Assembly: GCF_017591665.1 (NCBI RefSeq) | Contig: NZ_JAAKGC010000030.1 | Span: forward strand, 19,483 to 83,482 | Source: Aetokthonos hydrillicola CCALA 1050 | GTDB taxonomy: Bacteria > Cyanobacteriota > Cyanobacteriia > Cyanobacteriales > Nostocaceae | Length of the DNA: 64,000 nucleotides | Direction: 5' to 3' | Shown: in pieces, positions 52,898 to 63,990 of the stretch | How positions within the stretch are numbered: position 1 is the first letter of the stretch | Layout: each line of letters begins with the position of its first letter | Notes under the pieces: generated by a model | What the model was told of the DNA's origin: nothing | Seen by the model: only the letters and a program-made list of their open reading frames with translations | Databases searched by the model: none | Made by a program: the position numbers and the translations under genes

Positions 52898-53080
52898 AAT
52901 GATGGGGAGTAGCGTACTGAGATTATACCAAACTTAAACCTTGCTTGAATTTAACTTGATGGGTTAAAAGTTTGTACGAGCCTCTTTGTGCGCCCTGAAT
53001 TAGAACAGAATCACTAACCTGCTTGTCACCGTTAGACAGTTTTGTCCTGATCAGAACCAACCCCTAACCCTAACTTTGTA

Positions 53081-54787
53081 ATGTTAGCCCAAGTGCATAA
53101 ATTTTTAACTGCTTCTGTTCATGAAACATCTTCTGAGTATGAGAAACACACCAAAAAATTGCTTTTTTTCTGGTTAAGTCTGAGTCTGGTATTTGCAGGA
53201 TTATATGGTGTTTTAGGACTACAAAAAGCCTTTAGCAGCGAGTACGTAGCTCAGGATGATGCACGAGAATACGTATTTTGGATGCAGCGGTTTGTTGATC
53301 CAGAGTTAATGCCTCATGATTTGATTGCAGATTATTTCAAATCGATTACGCCATTAGGATTTTCTACTGTTTACAAATTAATGGCTAGTCTAGGCATTCA
53401 TCCTTTATTGTTGAGTAAAATCTTGCCCATTGTGCTGGGCTTAATTGTCACTATCTATTGTTTTTGGCTGTGTCTCGAAATTCTTCCAGTGCCGATTGTT
53501 GGATTTATTGCTACTTTACTGCTAAATCAGAGTCTTTGGTTTAAGAGTGACTTGGTTTCTGCTACACCTAAGTCTTTTATATATCCATTGTTGTTAGCAT
53601 TTTTCTACTATCTCTTGCGAGAATCTTGGTTAATTATTTGTTTAATAATTGTACTTGAAGGACTTTTTTATCCTCCACTATTATTGATTTCTTTAGGACT
53701 CTTGTTTATTCGATCGCGCAATAATTATGTTTGGCTAATAGTGATGCTGGGATTAGGATTTCTAGTCATGTTACCCTATGCGATCGCCTCACAGAAATTT
53801 GGACCAGTTGTCAGTGCGTCCCAAGCCTGGAAAATGCCAGAATTCTGGGCACAAGGACGACATCCTTTTTTTGACAATAATTTCTGGCGATTTTGGTTCA
53901 TTGGACAACATAGTGGTATACTACCACCGTTAATGCCTCCCCTAATTTGGATGGGGTTGTTCTTACCAGTGATAGTGCGATATCCATCCCGCTTCCCCTT
54001 GATCAATCTGATCAATACTCAAGTCAAAATATTGCCGCAAATTATCATAGTGTCCTTAACGCTGTTTTTTGCTGCCCATGCCTTGATTTTAAAGCTATTT
54101 TTCCCCACCCGTTACACGGTTCATACTCTGCGAATTGTCATGGCTGTTGCTGCTGCTATCACTTTAACTGTCATGTTGGATGGGTTTCTCCGTGTTGTAA
54201 AGGAACAAAGACGTAAGTGGCAGTTAGTATTAACACTGACTTTAGCCGCTACACTTGTTTTCTATCCTCATTTGTCGGGACGCTTCCCAACAACCGACTA
54301 TCGGCACTCTGAGGAATCAGTATTGTATAAATTCCTGCAAAAGCAACCTAAAGATACTGTTATTGCAACTTTGGCTGACGAGGCTGATAATATACCGACT
54401 TTTGGCCAAAGATCTATTTTAGTAGGTAGAGAATATGCACTTCCTTTCCATCTCGGCTACTACTCCCAAATCCGCCAACGTACCAGCGATTTGATTTATG
54501 CTCAGTACAGTCAGAATTTAGCAACGGCGAAACAACTTATTCAAAAGTACAAAGTTAATTTCTGGCTGCTGGAACGCACAGCTTTTGAGGCTCAGTATCT
54601 GAGCAAAAAAACCTGGCTCAAAAGTTTTCAACCTGCTTTTACACAAGCTCTAAGCAACTTGGAACAATCTACTACTCCAGCTTTAGCAAGATTAATCAAA
54701 GACTGTTCAGTTTTAGAAACCCAGAATTTTAGTTTGTTAAAAGCAGATTGCATCGTAAATACTAAGATATTGGCAAGCACCAGTTAA
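53081..54787 (+). CDS. Large polytopic integral membrane protein, hypothetical
   Basis: 568 aa with many hydrophobic helices in the first 400 aa and a soluble C-terminal domain. Confidence 0.5.
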   Translation: MLAQVHKFLTASVHETSSEYEKHTKKLLFFWLSLSLVFAGLYGVLGLQKAFSSEYVAQDDAREYVFWMQRFVDPELMPHDLIADYFKSITPLGFSTVYKLMASLGIHPLLLSKILPIVLGLIVTIYCFWLCLEILPVPIVGFIATLLLNQSLWFKSDLVSATPKSFIYPLLLAFFYYLLRESWLIICLIIVLEGLFYPPLLLISLGLLFIRSRNNYVWLIVMLGLGFLVMLPYAIASQKFGPVVSASQAWKMPEFWAQGRHPFFDNNFWRFWFIGQHSGILPPLMPPLIWMGLFLPVIVRYPSRFPLINLINTQVKILPQIIIVSLTLFFAAHALILKLFFPTRYTVHTLRIVMAVAAAITLTVMLDGFLRVVKEQRRKWQLVLTLTLAATLVFYPHLSGRFPTTDYRHSEESVLYKFLQKQPKDTVIATLADEADNIPTFGQRSILVGREYALPFHLGYYSQIRQRTSDLIYAQYSQNLATAKQLIQKYKVNFWLLERTAFEAQYLSKKTWLKSFQPAFTQALSNLEQSTTPALARLIKDCSVLETQNFSLLKADCIVNTKILASTS

Positions 54788-55200
54788 CCTCTAAGAGGGT
54801 GTTTGAAAAGTGATTAGCTATGATTTTCATCACATTATTACCCCCCTTAATCCCCCCTTGTAATACCAATTCTAGAAAAGAATCAAACAGATTGGGTAGG
54901 TTGGGTTGAACGAAGTGAAACCCAACAAAGACAAGGCTTCGAGGTGTTGGGTTGAGGAACGAAACCCAACCTACATTTATATCAAATTTTTCGTGAATTG
55001 GTATAAAGGGGGGAAACAAGGAAAATCTAGTTCCCTCCCCTTTATAAGGGGAGGGTTAGGGTGGGGTAAAAAATGTTTGATACATCAATCATGACTTTTC
55101 AAACATCCTCTAACGATTGATGCGATATGGCAAGACACAGGAAAATCCTATTACCAATATCATGGCTAGGTTAATTTCATTTTGTGCTTGGGTGACTCTA

Positions 55201-56448
55201 TTATGGCAAGCGGCTAGTTAAATCTTGAACGTCTCCACAGGTTTTACAGTATGGTAAATTTTTGTAAGTAAGATTATGGCAATTTTGACATTCAATGTAT
55301 TGATAATAACCGCAATAGGGACAATAAGCGTCGTTATGGCGAATTTTTTTTGCACACTTGCTACAACGGGATTTTTGGACTCTGCTAACTGCTTGAAGTT
55401 TAGGATTGAAGATAACTTTTTGGCAAACCTTGATAATTCCAAAACCAATTACTGGAATTAGCAGGATATAAATATAACTGATGAGAAAAAGTAATCCATT
55501 TAAAAGTTTGCCAATAATTTCGACAAGAAACTGAAATATTGCACCAACTTGAAGAAATTCAAAGATTTTAAAGATTAACGGGATAAAAAGAATAACTAGC
55601 AAATGCCAACTCATCAGTAAGATAAGTCCATATCCCTTTCGTTGAGCGAGTTTATAGACTAATAAAGCGACGACAATTAGCGGTAAAAGAAAAAGAGCCT
55701 GAAAACCAAATTGAATACTTGGATACCAAAAGGATGCTCGTTGATAATCTTGCTTAACTTTACTAAATTTCTCCTCATTTTTTAGAAAAGCTATAAAGTT
55801 AGTACTTTCTGGTTTAGCAACTAATCCATTTTTGAGATTATCAATTTCCTTTTCAAGGGTTGTAATTGTACGATTATTTTCGTCTAACTCTTGTTTTGCT
55901 TTTTCAGCCCCAACTTCATTAATTGATTGTTCACGGGTTTGACCTGCGATTTTTTCTAAAAGAGTCGAGTCATATTGACTGCGAATATTACTATTCTCTT
56001 TTTTAAGAGTACTGATTTGTGTTTGCTTCTGGTCAATAGATTTTACAGTTTGCCGATTTTCGGAATTGTTAATTTTATCTTTGTATTCGGCATAGTTCAA
56101 ACATGTTGGTGAAACTTTCCCTAAATGTTTTTCTGCAGCTTGTTGATATGTTTGCTTTTGACTAATCTGATTGTCTCTCTCATATGGTAAGGAAATCTTA
56201 ATAATTTGATAGTCTTTATCTTTCGTGGTTTCTGTTTTGTAGTTTTGCCAGTCAGCATAACACGGATAAGCCTCTGAAGGGCTGAGATACCATCTACTAA
56301 TATCATCTAGTCCAGTAAAAACATTGATTAAGATAAAAATGTCAATCAAAATAATGACAATCAAACTCACTTTATTTAATGGTTCGTTGTTAATTGTCCT
56401 TGAGCTATTAAAAAATTGACTAAATAGACGGCGTATATTAGTGAGCAT
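55201..56448 (-). CDS. Membrane protein with a coiled-coil region and C-terminal double zinc-ribbon
   Basis: 415 aa with TM helices and the C-terminal CSKCAKKIRHNDAYCPYCGYYQYIECQNCHNLTYKNLPYCKTCG. It lies directly downstream of the caspase-NACHT gene on the same strand. Confidence 0.5.
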   Translation of the reverse strand: MLTNIRRLFSQFFNSSRTINNEPLNKVSLIVIILIDIFILINVFTGLDDISRWYLSPSEAYPCYADWQNYKTETTKDKDYQIIKISLPYERDNQISQKQTYQQAAEKHLGKVSPTCLNYAEYKDKINNSENRQTVKSIDQKQTQISTLKKENSNIRSQYDSTLLEKIAGQTREQSINEVGAEKAKQELDENNRTITTLEKEIDNLKNGLVAKPESTNFIAFLKNEEKFSKVKQDYQRASFWYPSIQFGFQALFLLPLIVVALLVYKLAQRKGYGLILLMSWHLLVILFIPLIFKIFEFLQVGAIFQFLVEIIGKLLNGLLFLISYIYILLIPVIGFGIIKVCQKVIFNPKLQAVSRVQKSRCSKCAKKIRHNDAYCPYCGYYQYIECQNCHNLTYKNLPYCKTCGDVQDLTSRLP

Positions 56449-56858
56449 ATTGTCGTTTTACAAAAGAATAGATGTGCTCCTTCACTGTTGTTTTCAGGGT
56501 GATCTACCTGCCGTAGTAAAAGCGCGATCGCTCTATTATCTGTAATAGCACATCTTTTCCAATGACCCCGATACAAAACTTAAGACTCCAAATATTTGGG
56601 ATTGATTCTTATAAGGATGTAATACCAATTCAAAAAATGATTGATACAAATGTAGGTTGGGTTGAGGAACGTAGACGCCAAAGGCGGCTTCCCGCAGGGT
56701 AACCCAACACATCAAATCCTTGTCTTTGTTGGGTTTCACTCCGTACCCCTACGGGGAAGCAAGCTACAACCCAACCTACAGAGTCTTAATGTTTACTTTA
56801 TAAATTATCTCTTACTCTAAGTCATTTTAAATCCGCCAACTTGAAGTTATTACCAATG

Positions 56859-59800
56859 TTATGGAATAGGAACGAAATCATAGTTGCTCTTATTGCCCAG
56901 TTTACCTTCTGTGCGCTCAACTATCACTAAGTGGCTTTTTTGAGAACTTTCGCCGCTATTAAACTGAATCTTACCACTTGCTCCGTCAGCACTAAAATCT
57001 TTTGCTTGCAAGGTTTCAGCTATACCCTCACGAGTGTTTTTTCTGTGCAAAGCAGCGATTAACGCTTTTGTTGCATCATAAGACGTGGCTGTTCGCCAGC
57101 TTACCAATCCTCCCCAGAGATGCTGAGATGAAGCAGTAAATTTTGAACCAGATTTATGAGCAGTTTTCCAATCCCAAGGAACCGCAACAATCATTCTATT
57201 AGCACTTTCTCCACCAAGTTCTAAGGTGACAGGCGAGTATAAACTATCCCCACCTAAAACTAACATACGCCGTTTTTTTGCGTTTTCATTTAAAACTTCC
57301 AAAGCTGGATTCAATTTTTCCGAATCAGGTAATAGTAGCATAATTTCTGCGCCAGCTTTAATTGAATCACCAATACTTTTCTGAGCATTAAAATCTCTCA
57401 AAGAAAAATCAAATTTACTCACTATATACTGGGATTTTATTGTTCGTTCAATTTCTGATTTCAAAGAACTACTATAGTCATTTTTAGAGTTATAGAAAAT
57501 GGTGATGTTTCTGGTATCTAGTTGACGCTTCTGCATATAGTCATTTAAGGCTTCTGCAGTTTGTTGATTGCTGGGAACAGTGCGGAAAAGATACTTACCA
57601 AATCCAGACACATATCTTAGATTGACTGAAGTGCTAACTGGAAAAATTGCTACTAGTCTTTTATCACTATAAACTTTGCTTGTTACTTTAGCGACATCGC
57701 TAGTAAAGTTTCCAACAACACCTAGTACATTGGGCATTTCTGTTAATGCGATCGCAACTTTTTGAGCAACGCTAGGATCATTTTCATCATCAGCGATTAA
57801 TACTCGCAGCTTTACACCCTTTATACCACCTGCTAGGTTAATTTCATTTTGTGCTAGGGCAACTCCTCGCAAAATTTCTAATGAACCATTAACATTGCTA
57901 CCTAGAGGAACTGAAACAGCGATCGTATAAGATTTGTGATCACCAATTTCCGCATTATTTTTATAAATTAATGCTTCTGGATCGTTAGGATTTTGCTTTA
58001 AATAATTTTGAAAATCTGTCGCAGCTTCAGTAAATTTACCATCAATAAACGCATCTACTCCAGCAATTTTTGCGCGATAAGGTCGATTTTGTACAAGGAT
58101 TTTTTCCCCAAAGCTGATTCTCAACTTTGGCAAAGTATTGTCGCAGATATTTTTTATTGATGTGTCATTATTAGGATAATTTTTTATCAGGTAACAACCC
58201 CTTGCGAATGCGTTGTCGAAATTCAATAGTTCCGTCTCCCAAAGCAGCGCAGTATTATCAGCACTTGCTGAAGCTAGTGTTTTGCCATCATCACTAAAGC
58301 TAACGCTATAAACCTGCTGCGAGTGTCCTTTGAGAGTAGTGATTTCTTCGCCTTTCGTTGTATTCCAGATTTTAATAGTTTTGTCATCACTTCCTGATGC
58401 TAAAATATCTGAATTAGGACGAAAACTCACACTATTAATACTTCCAATATGTCCTTTTAGTGTGTTAAGTAGCTTACCGTCAGGAATGCTCCAGAGTTTA
58501 ATAGTTGTGTTGTTACTTCCTGAAGCTAAAATTTTACCGTCAGAACTAAAACTGAGACTATTAACTCCTCCCATCGATGCTGAAAGTGTCTTAATAACTC
58601 GACGCTGCTCTACATCCCAAAGTGTGATAGTACTTATACTCCCTGAAGCTATCGTCTTACCGTCTGGACTAAAGCTGATGCTGAGAACTTTATTTTTTTG
58701 CTCTGGCAATGTTGCAATTAAATGACCTTGTCTATCCCAAAGCTTGATAAATTTGTCATCACTTCCTGAAGCGAATATCATACCATCTGGACTAAAGCTC
58801 AAGCCACCAACCCTGTCGAGATGTTTTGTTAGCGTTGTCAGTTTTACCCCATTCGCTGGATCCCAAAGTATTATATTTCCATTAATATCACCTGATGCTA
58901 GTATATGACCATCTGGACTAAAGGTGGTGGTAGTAATCTCACTTTCATGACCAACGAGTGTCCTTAGTTCTTTCCCATCGAACTTTCTCCAGAGTTTAAT
59001 ATCGTGTTCACTACCTCCAGTAGCCACAGTCTTACCATCATGGCTGATACTAATAGTAAATAGTGTTTGACTATGCCCTGTAAGAGGAATAACGTCATCA
59101 CCATCAGTGCGCCAGAGTTTGATATCAGCGTCAATACCTCCTGAAGCTAGAAGCTTACCATCCGGGCTAATATTAACGGTACGAATAGGATTACTATATG
59201 TCAAAGTTTTTAGATCTTTGCCATCTTTGACACTCCAGAATTTGATGGTGTTGTCTTTGCTCGCAGAAATCAAAGTTTTTCCATCAGCGCTAAAGGCTAT
59301 GCTATAAACATCAGATTTATGTCCATGAAGGGTTGTAATTTGTTTACCTTTTTGAACATTCCAGAGTATAATGGTGTTGTCAGCACTTGCAGAAGCTAAT
59401 ATATTACTGTCTGGACTAAAGCTGACGCTATAAACGAGAGCGCGATGCCCCGGTAATATTCTGAGTAGCTTACCATTTTGATCCCAAATCCACACTTTTT
59501 TATCTTCACTACCTGCCGCAATTAACTTACCATCAGGGCTAAAGCTAACTCCATTAAAGTTGAAAGAAGTACTCTGATGATTGTTACCTTTTTTTCCAGC
59601 TTCAGGAGTTTCTTGTAGAAGTTCAACGGTCTTAAGTAACTTTAACTTACTATCATTCACACTCCAGAGTTTAACAGTTCCATCCCAACTAGCTGAAGCT
59701 AGTATCTTCCCATCCGGACTAAAACTCACACTATAAATCTCTGCTGTATGCTCATTGCTTTTATTATCAAGTACTTTGCCGTTAATACTCCAGAGTTTGA

Positions 59801-62636
59801 TAGTTCTGTCATAACTAGCTGAAGCTAGGATTTGTCCATTTGGACTAAAACTTACACTATTAACTATATTTTTATGCCCTTTAAGAGTATTGAGCAAATT
59901 GCCTTTTAAATCCCAAAGTTTAATTGTTTCGTCAACACTTGCTGAAGCAATGATCTGTCCATTAGGGCTAAACTTGATGTTCCTGATCGTAGCGTTATGT
60001 GCTAACCAATCGTTGTGTTCTCGTAACCAGTAAACTGTTTGATCGAGAGCAGTCATTGTCTGTGACTTGATATTAGTTTCTATTCCTATTGGTAATTCTA
60101 GTTGTTTAGCCGCATTCAAACTTTTGACTAATGCTTCTAACTGCTGGCTGGAGTTAAAAGACACTTCGCTAGAAGCTAGGAATTTTTCTATCTGTTCAAT
60201 TTGAGTTTGACGCCACTGAATAAAAGCAATAGCTGATATGAGAAAAAACAGACCAAAAAGCAAACTGTCTCTCAGTCGTTTGTTGTTTTTTCGTTTTTGT
60301 AAACTAAGCCGCACAAATTGTGATTCTAGCTGATTGAACCAATTATCTGATGAGTAAAGTATTTTTTTTAGAACTTCCAAATATGGGTTTGTATCCCATA
60401 AAAACTTTGTTTGATCGTATCTTTTTCGAAAATATTTTAACCAATTATAAGGATTAGTATTCCAATGAAAATCACCGGGTTTGTGACTATCCCACTCCTG
60501 TGCAGCAGCGGTTAACCTCTGTTGTATAGTAATGACATTTTCTACTAAATTCTGCTGTTTAGGTTGTAACCACTCGCGCAGATGACTCCATCCACGTACC
60601 AAAGCATCATGAGCTGGTTCAACATATTCATGTCCGTTCTCATCTTGTCCTTTTACCAGTAACCGCGCTGCTGTAAACTCTTGTATTACGTCATCGACTT
60701 TTTCTTTAACTGGCTTTGGATATTCGAGTTCCTTCATAAAAACTCGTCTGCGAGCTAAATCACCACTACTTTCCGCCACCATCCTTAACATTACATGTTT
60801 AATGATTTTGCTATATTCTGGGTTTTTATTCACTAACTTATGGTATATTTCATCAGCTCTTTTGGTAAGGCTACCAGTGACTTTACCCAATTCTTCATAA
60901 TCCCTGTGTGTAATAATCCGGTTGTATTCTGGATATTCTTGAACATTCTTAAAAAATTTGCGGTAGAGTTCACTAAGAGTGAAAGAAAGTAATGATAAAC
61001 CGCCAGGCATATTTATCACGTCATCAATCAACTTGTCTACTAAAAGACTTTCTGATTCTTGTGTTTGTCCCTCAAAAAATAAGGCTATCTTTTCAGCCGG
61101 TTCCGCAATTGCTTCTCGTAATTCTTCACGAGTCATTTGTGACACTTGAAGCCGCCCTCTTGCCAAATAGACTTGAGCTTTTTCTTTAAATTCAGATTGA
61201 AGTAGCGAACGCAATACAGGTTCGTAGTCTGAGCGTAGTGTAACAACAATACGTAACTGTTGAGGGTATTCGACTATTGCCTTAGCTAACTGTTGTAAAA
61301 ACCGCTTTTGCTCTTTTTCAGAATGACACAGAGTGACTAATTCTTCAAATTGATCAATGAATAATAGTAATTTTCTGTTAAGATTTCTTAAAGTCCAATT
61401 ACCAACTATATCAGCAAAATAAGAGGAGTCTTCGTTAAGCTTATTTACCAAAATCTCAGTTTTACTGCCTTGAAAATTTGAAACCTCAAGCTTATGAAGT
61501 TCTCGTGCTAAAGCAGTTATAGGAGAATCCCCAGGGCGAACAGGATCTAAAATTTGAAATTCAGGTTCTTCTAATTTAGGTATAAGTCCTGCTTTCACTA
61601 AGCTAGATTTTCCTGAGCCAGAAGTTCCTAAAACAACAGTCAGTGGTTCCTTATTAACCTTCTCCTCTAGTTTTTCAATTAACCTTTTTCTCCCAAAAAA
61701 TTTATCTTGATCTTCTTTTTCAAAAGATAGCAATCCTTTGTAGGGATATCTTGGATCTTTTTCATCAGGTAGCGGAGCTTTTCTTAACGATCTATCTGCA
61801 TCAAATTCTGGTGTAAAAAATAAATATTTACCAAAATCATGTTTTTTAAGTTGACAATATCCAGGAGTTTGTCCGGTGTTCAAATCTAGAAATTTATCTT
61901 CTATATATTGAACAATCTCAGTAGTTGTAATAACACTATCTTTGTTAGTATCTGCGTTTTTTTCATTTGCTGGATCTAGAGCTTCAAGTAGTGCTTTTGC
62001 AAAGGGAGAGTGTTGACCGTCTTCTCCCCTGTCCCCAAAGCCGTACAAGACATCTGCGGCTGTTTCGTTATATGCAGACGAGGTAATAACTTCTTGTGCG
62101 CAACCAGTAATATAACGTTTATAGCGTTCTAAGTACATTTGTTCTTGCGATAGTTCTGCTTGTCTAACGACCCAACGGAAGCTCCCAGCAAAGCAGCAAT
62201 CTAAGATAATTAACAAATGACGGCTTTCTAGTTTCACTAGACTATTATGCAGTCGTCGCATTGGTAACAACCTACTGTTGTCACCTCTCATAGCATCTTG
62301 GGGATAGATAAAGCCTTGAGGTCCATCATCTTTTTCATCCCCTTTAATAGCAATACCATGCCCAGCAAAGTAAAATAAAACACGGTCATTAGGTTCTACT
62401 TTTTTGCTACCATCAGACAAGGGGATAATTTGGTTTTCAAAATTTGTTAATAATTCATTAAGCGTTTTACTTGTAGCCTGTTCATCTAAAATAGGTAAAA
62501 CGTCATAGTTATATATATCTCTCAAAACTTTTATGAGTTTATTAGCGTCATTTGTAGCAGTTTTTAATTGCCAACTAGGTTCGGCATATTTGCTGATACC
62601 AATAACGATTGCGTAACTGTTTTTGAATTCAGGCAT
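56859..62636 (-). CDS. Giant multidomain protein: caspase-like peptidase C14, NACHT/STAND P-loop NTPase, a putative TM segment, ~14 WD40 repeats and a C-terminal periplasmic-binding-protein type 1 (LivK-like) ligand-binding domain
   Basis: 1925 aa. The caspase His/Cys dyad is in YFAGHGIA and LIILDCCFAGS. Walker A is VVLGTSGSGKSSLVKAG. The hydrophobic segment is LLFGLFFLISAIAFIQW. Many GH...WD blades follow. The C-terminus (VLIADDENDPSVAQKVAIALTEMPNVLGVVGNFTSDV...) is PBP1-like. Confidence 0.85.
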   Translation of the reverse strand: MPEFKNSYAIVIGISKYAEPSWQLKTATNDANKLIKVLRDIYNYDVLPILDEQATSKTLNELLTNFENQIIPLSDGSKKVEPNDRVLFYFAGHGIAIKGDEKDDGPQGFIYPQDAMRGDNSRLLPMRRLHNSLVKLESRHLLIILDCCFAGSFRWVVRQAELSQEQMYLERYKRYITGCAQEVITSSAYNETAADVLYGFGDRGEDGQHSPFAKALLEALDPANEKNADTNKDSVITTTEIVQYIEDKFLDLNTGQTPGYCQLKKHDFGKYLFFTPEFDADRSLRKAPLPDEKDPRYPYKGLLSFEKEDQDKFFGRKRLIEKLEEKVNKEPLTVVLGTSGSGKSSLVKAGLIPKLEEPEFQILDPVRPGDSPITALARELHKLEVSNFQGSKTEILVNKLNEDSSYFADIVGNWTLRNLNRKLLLFIDQFEELVTLCHSEKEQKRFLQQLAKAIVEYPQQLRIVVTLRSDYEPVLRSLLQSEFKEKAQVYLARGRLQVSQMTREELREAIAEPAEKIALFFEGQTQESESLLVDKLIDDVINMPGGLSLLSFTLSELYRKFFKNVQEYPEYNRIITHRDYEELGKVTGSLTKRADEIYHKLVNKNPEYSKIIKHVMLRMVAESSGDLARRRVFMKELEYPKPVKEKVDDVIQEFTAARLLVKGQDENGHEYVEPAHDALVRGWSHLREWLQPKQQNLVENVITIQQRLTAAAQEWDSHKPGDFHWNTNPYNWLKYFRKRYDQTKFLWDTNPYLEVLKKILYSSDNWFNQLESQFVRLSLQKRKNNKRLRDSLLFGLFFLISAIAFIQWRQTQIEQIEKFLASSEVSFNSSQQLEALVKSLNAAKQLELPIGIETNIKSQTMTALDQTVYWLREHNDWLAHNATIRNIKFSPNGQIIASASVDETIKLWDLKGNLLNTLKGHKNIVNSVSFSPNGQILASASYDRTIKLWSINGKVLDNKSNEHTAEIYSVSFSPDGKILASASWDGTVKLWSVNDSKLKLLKTVELLQETPEAGKKGNNHQSTSFNFNGVSFSPDGKLIAAGSEDKKVWIWDQNGKLLRILPGHRALVYSVSFSPDSNILASASADNTIILWNVQKGKQITTLHGHKSDVYSIAFSADGKTLISASKDNTIKFWSVKDGKDLKTLTYSNPIRTVNISPDGKLLASGGIDADIKLWRTDGDDVIPLTGHSQTLFTISISHDGKTVATGGSEHDIKLWRKFDGKELRTLVGHESEITTTTFSPDGHILASGDINGNIILWDPANGVKLTTLTKHLDRVGGLSFSPDGMIFASGSDDKFIKLWDRQGHLIATLPEQKNKVLSISFSPDGKTIASGSISTITLWDVEQRRVIKTLSASMGGVNSLSFSSDGKILASGSNNTTIKLWSIPDGKLLNTLKGHIGSINSVSFRPNSDILASGSDDKTIKIWNTTKGEEITTLKGHSQQVYSVSFSDDGKTLASASADNTALLWETELLNFDNAFARGCYLIKNYPNNDTSIKNICDNTLPKLRISFGEKILVQNRPYRAKIAGVDAFIDGKFTEAATDFQNYLKQNPNDPEALIYKNNAEIGDHKSYTIAVSVPLGSNVNGSLEILRGVALAQNEINLAGGIKGVKLRVLIADDENDPSVAQKVAIALTEMPNVLGVVGNFTSDVAKVTSKVYSDKRLVAIFPVSTSVNLRYVSGFGKYLFRTVPSNQQTAEALNDYMQKRQLDTRNITIFYNSKNDYSSSLKSEIERTIKSQYIVSKFDFSLRDFNAQKSIGDSIKAGAEIMLLLPDSEKLNPALEVLNENAKKRRMLVLGGDSLYSPVTLELGGESANRMIVAVPWDWKTAHKSGSKFTASSQHLWGGLVSWRTATSYDATKALIAALHRKNTREGIAETLQAKDFSADGASGKIQFNSGESSQKSHLVIVERTEGKLGNKSNYDFVPIP

Positions 62637-62712
62637 AAAATGTGTACCTGCTTTTGGTAAAATACTGCAATTTTAAATGTCTATATATATGGGGCATAGG
62701 GCAGATAAACAG

Positions 62713-62746
62713 TTATCAGTTATCAGTTATCAGTTATCAGTTATGT
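62713..62746. repeat. STRR heptamer tandem repeat (CAGTTAT)x5
   Basis: Read directly from the sequence. Confidence 0.9.
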
Positions 62747-62844
62747 GTTCATCTTTGGGTTTAAGTCTGCCACCATACCCCTTGATCACTGATCACTGAA
62801 AACTCCTCACTGCGCCCCTGCTCCTCTGCTCCCTTTCAATAGCT

Positions 62845-63990
62845 CTAAACCCTAGCACAAGATGCGTTATGAGCTTGATCAATGGCGTCGGCGACATTGT
62901 CTTGTCGTGTAAGGGTAAGAGAGACTTGTTTTGTCATCCAATTATCGTTACTTGTGTCTGTATTATCTTCAGAACTAGTAGTTTCGCGATTATAGATATT
63001 ATGCATTAAGTGATTTAAGGAACCTTTTAATCCTCCTGAAGAACGACTTTTGGGTGGTGGCGAATCAAGTCCTGGTTGCTGTAGCAACCCAGCATCAAAC
63101 TCTGAAGTGCTGACAATTAACTTGAAAATTTCTTGGTATTCAGTAATGCCGCGTGATAAAAAACTTTTTGGAATTACATAACTCAATTTTCGACTTGTCA
63201 AGATTGCGCCTGGTTGTGATTTTTTTGGTAAGAATAAACTAGTTGTTTCCTCGAAGAAAGGAGGAATGCAAACTTCGTAATCTCCAGCTAGTTCTACTAC
63301 CTGAAAGTAGAGGTCTTTTTGGCTATTATTTGTGATTTTGATCTGTATGGTTGGTGCTGTCCACTTACCATTATTATAAGTGTACTCAGCACGCATTTCG
63401 GAAGTTGTTTGTTTTGAGGAAATTGTTTTCTCTGCTGAACAGATGATTACTTCCATCTCCACATCATTTAGTTTAATTTGGCTTGTGAGTGGAGTGTTCA
63501 AGTCGAGAATATTCTGCCAACGTGCAATGTGTTCTAATCGTTGAATGACTTGATGTGCAAACTCTGGTGTGTAATCGTCTCTAGCTAGAGATGGTATTTC
63601 TGGAACCGGTGTCACTAACGGACTTTTATCTGAAGCTTTTTTAATCCAGTATTGATTTTTTTCAGCTTCTATGTAGTAGTTGGCGTCTGAAACTTGTGCT
63701 ACTTCTCGAACAAATAACGAATTTTGATTATTGTAACCACATGTTGACAGTTCTTGCCGAGCAAGTTCTACACCTATAGGGTCACCTTGAAAACAAACTT
63801 TTAGCTGTGGTAATGGTAAGCTGATAATAACTGCAAAGTAAGCTTTTTCAGTTGATAAATGAGTTTTATCACCGATAATTTCTACTTTGCTTAATTCTGG
63901 CAGCACTTGCGTTACCCTAGCTCGACAAATAGCATTCGAGAATTCGCGCAGTTGTTCGGGTGAGCTGTTGTCTGGGAATATTGCTAACAA
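62845..63990 (-). CDS. Hypothetical protein upstream of the caspase-NACHT gene; the N-terminus may extend beyond the window end
   Basis: 381 aa from the ORF track. The called start is a TTG 10 nt from the window edge. No recognisable motif. Confidence 0.4.
   Translation of the reverse strand: MLAIFPDNSSPEQLREFSNAICRARVTQVLPELSKVEIIGDKTHLSTEKAYFAVIISLPLPQLKVCFQGDPIGVELARQELSTCGYNNQNSLFVREVAQVSDANYYIEAEKNQYWIKKASDKSPLVTPVPEIPSLARDDYTPEFAHQVIQRLEHIARWQNILDLNTPLTSQIKLNDVEMEVIICSAEKTISSKQTTSEMRAEYTYNNGKWTAPTIQIKITNNSQKDLYFQVVELAGDYEVCIPPFFEETTSLFLPKKSQPGAILTSRKLSYVIPKSFLSRGITEYQEIFKLIVSTSEFDAGLLQQPGLDSPPPKSRSSGGLKGSLNHLMHNIYNRETTSSEDNTDTSNDNWMTKQVSLTLTRQDNVADAIDQAHNASCARV

Noticed and set aside
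58330-61189. Three + strand ORFs (65-131 aa) inside the giant caspase-NACHT gene
   Set aside because: Antisense to a well-supported 1925-aa ORF, and they show repetitive WD40-derived periodicity.
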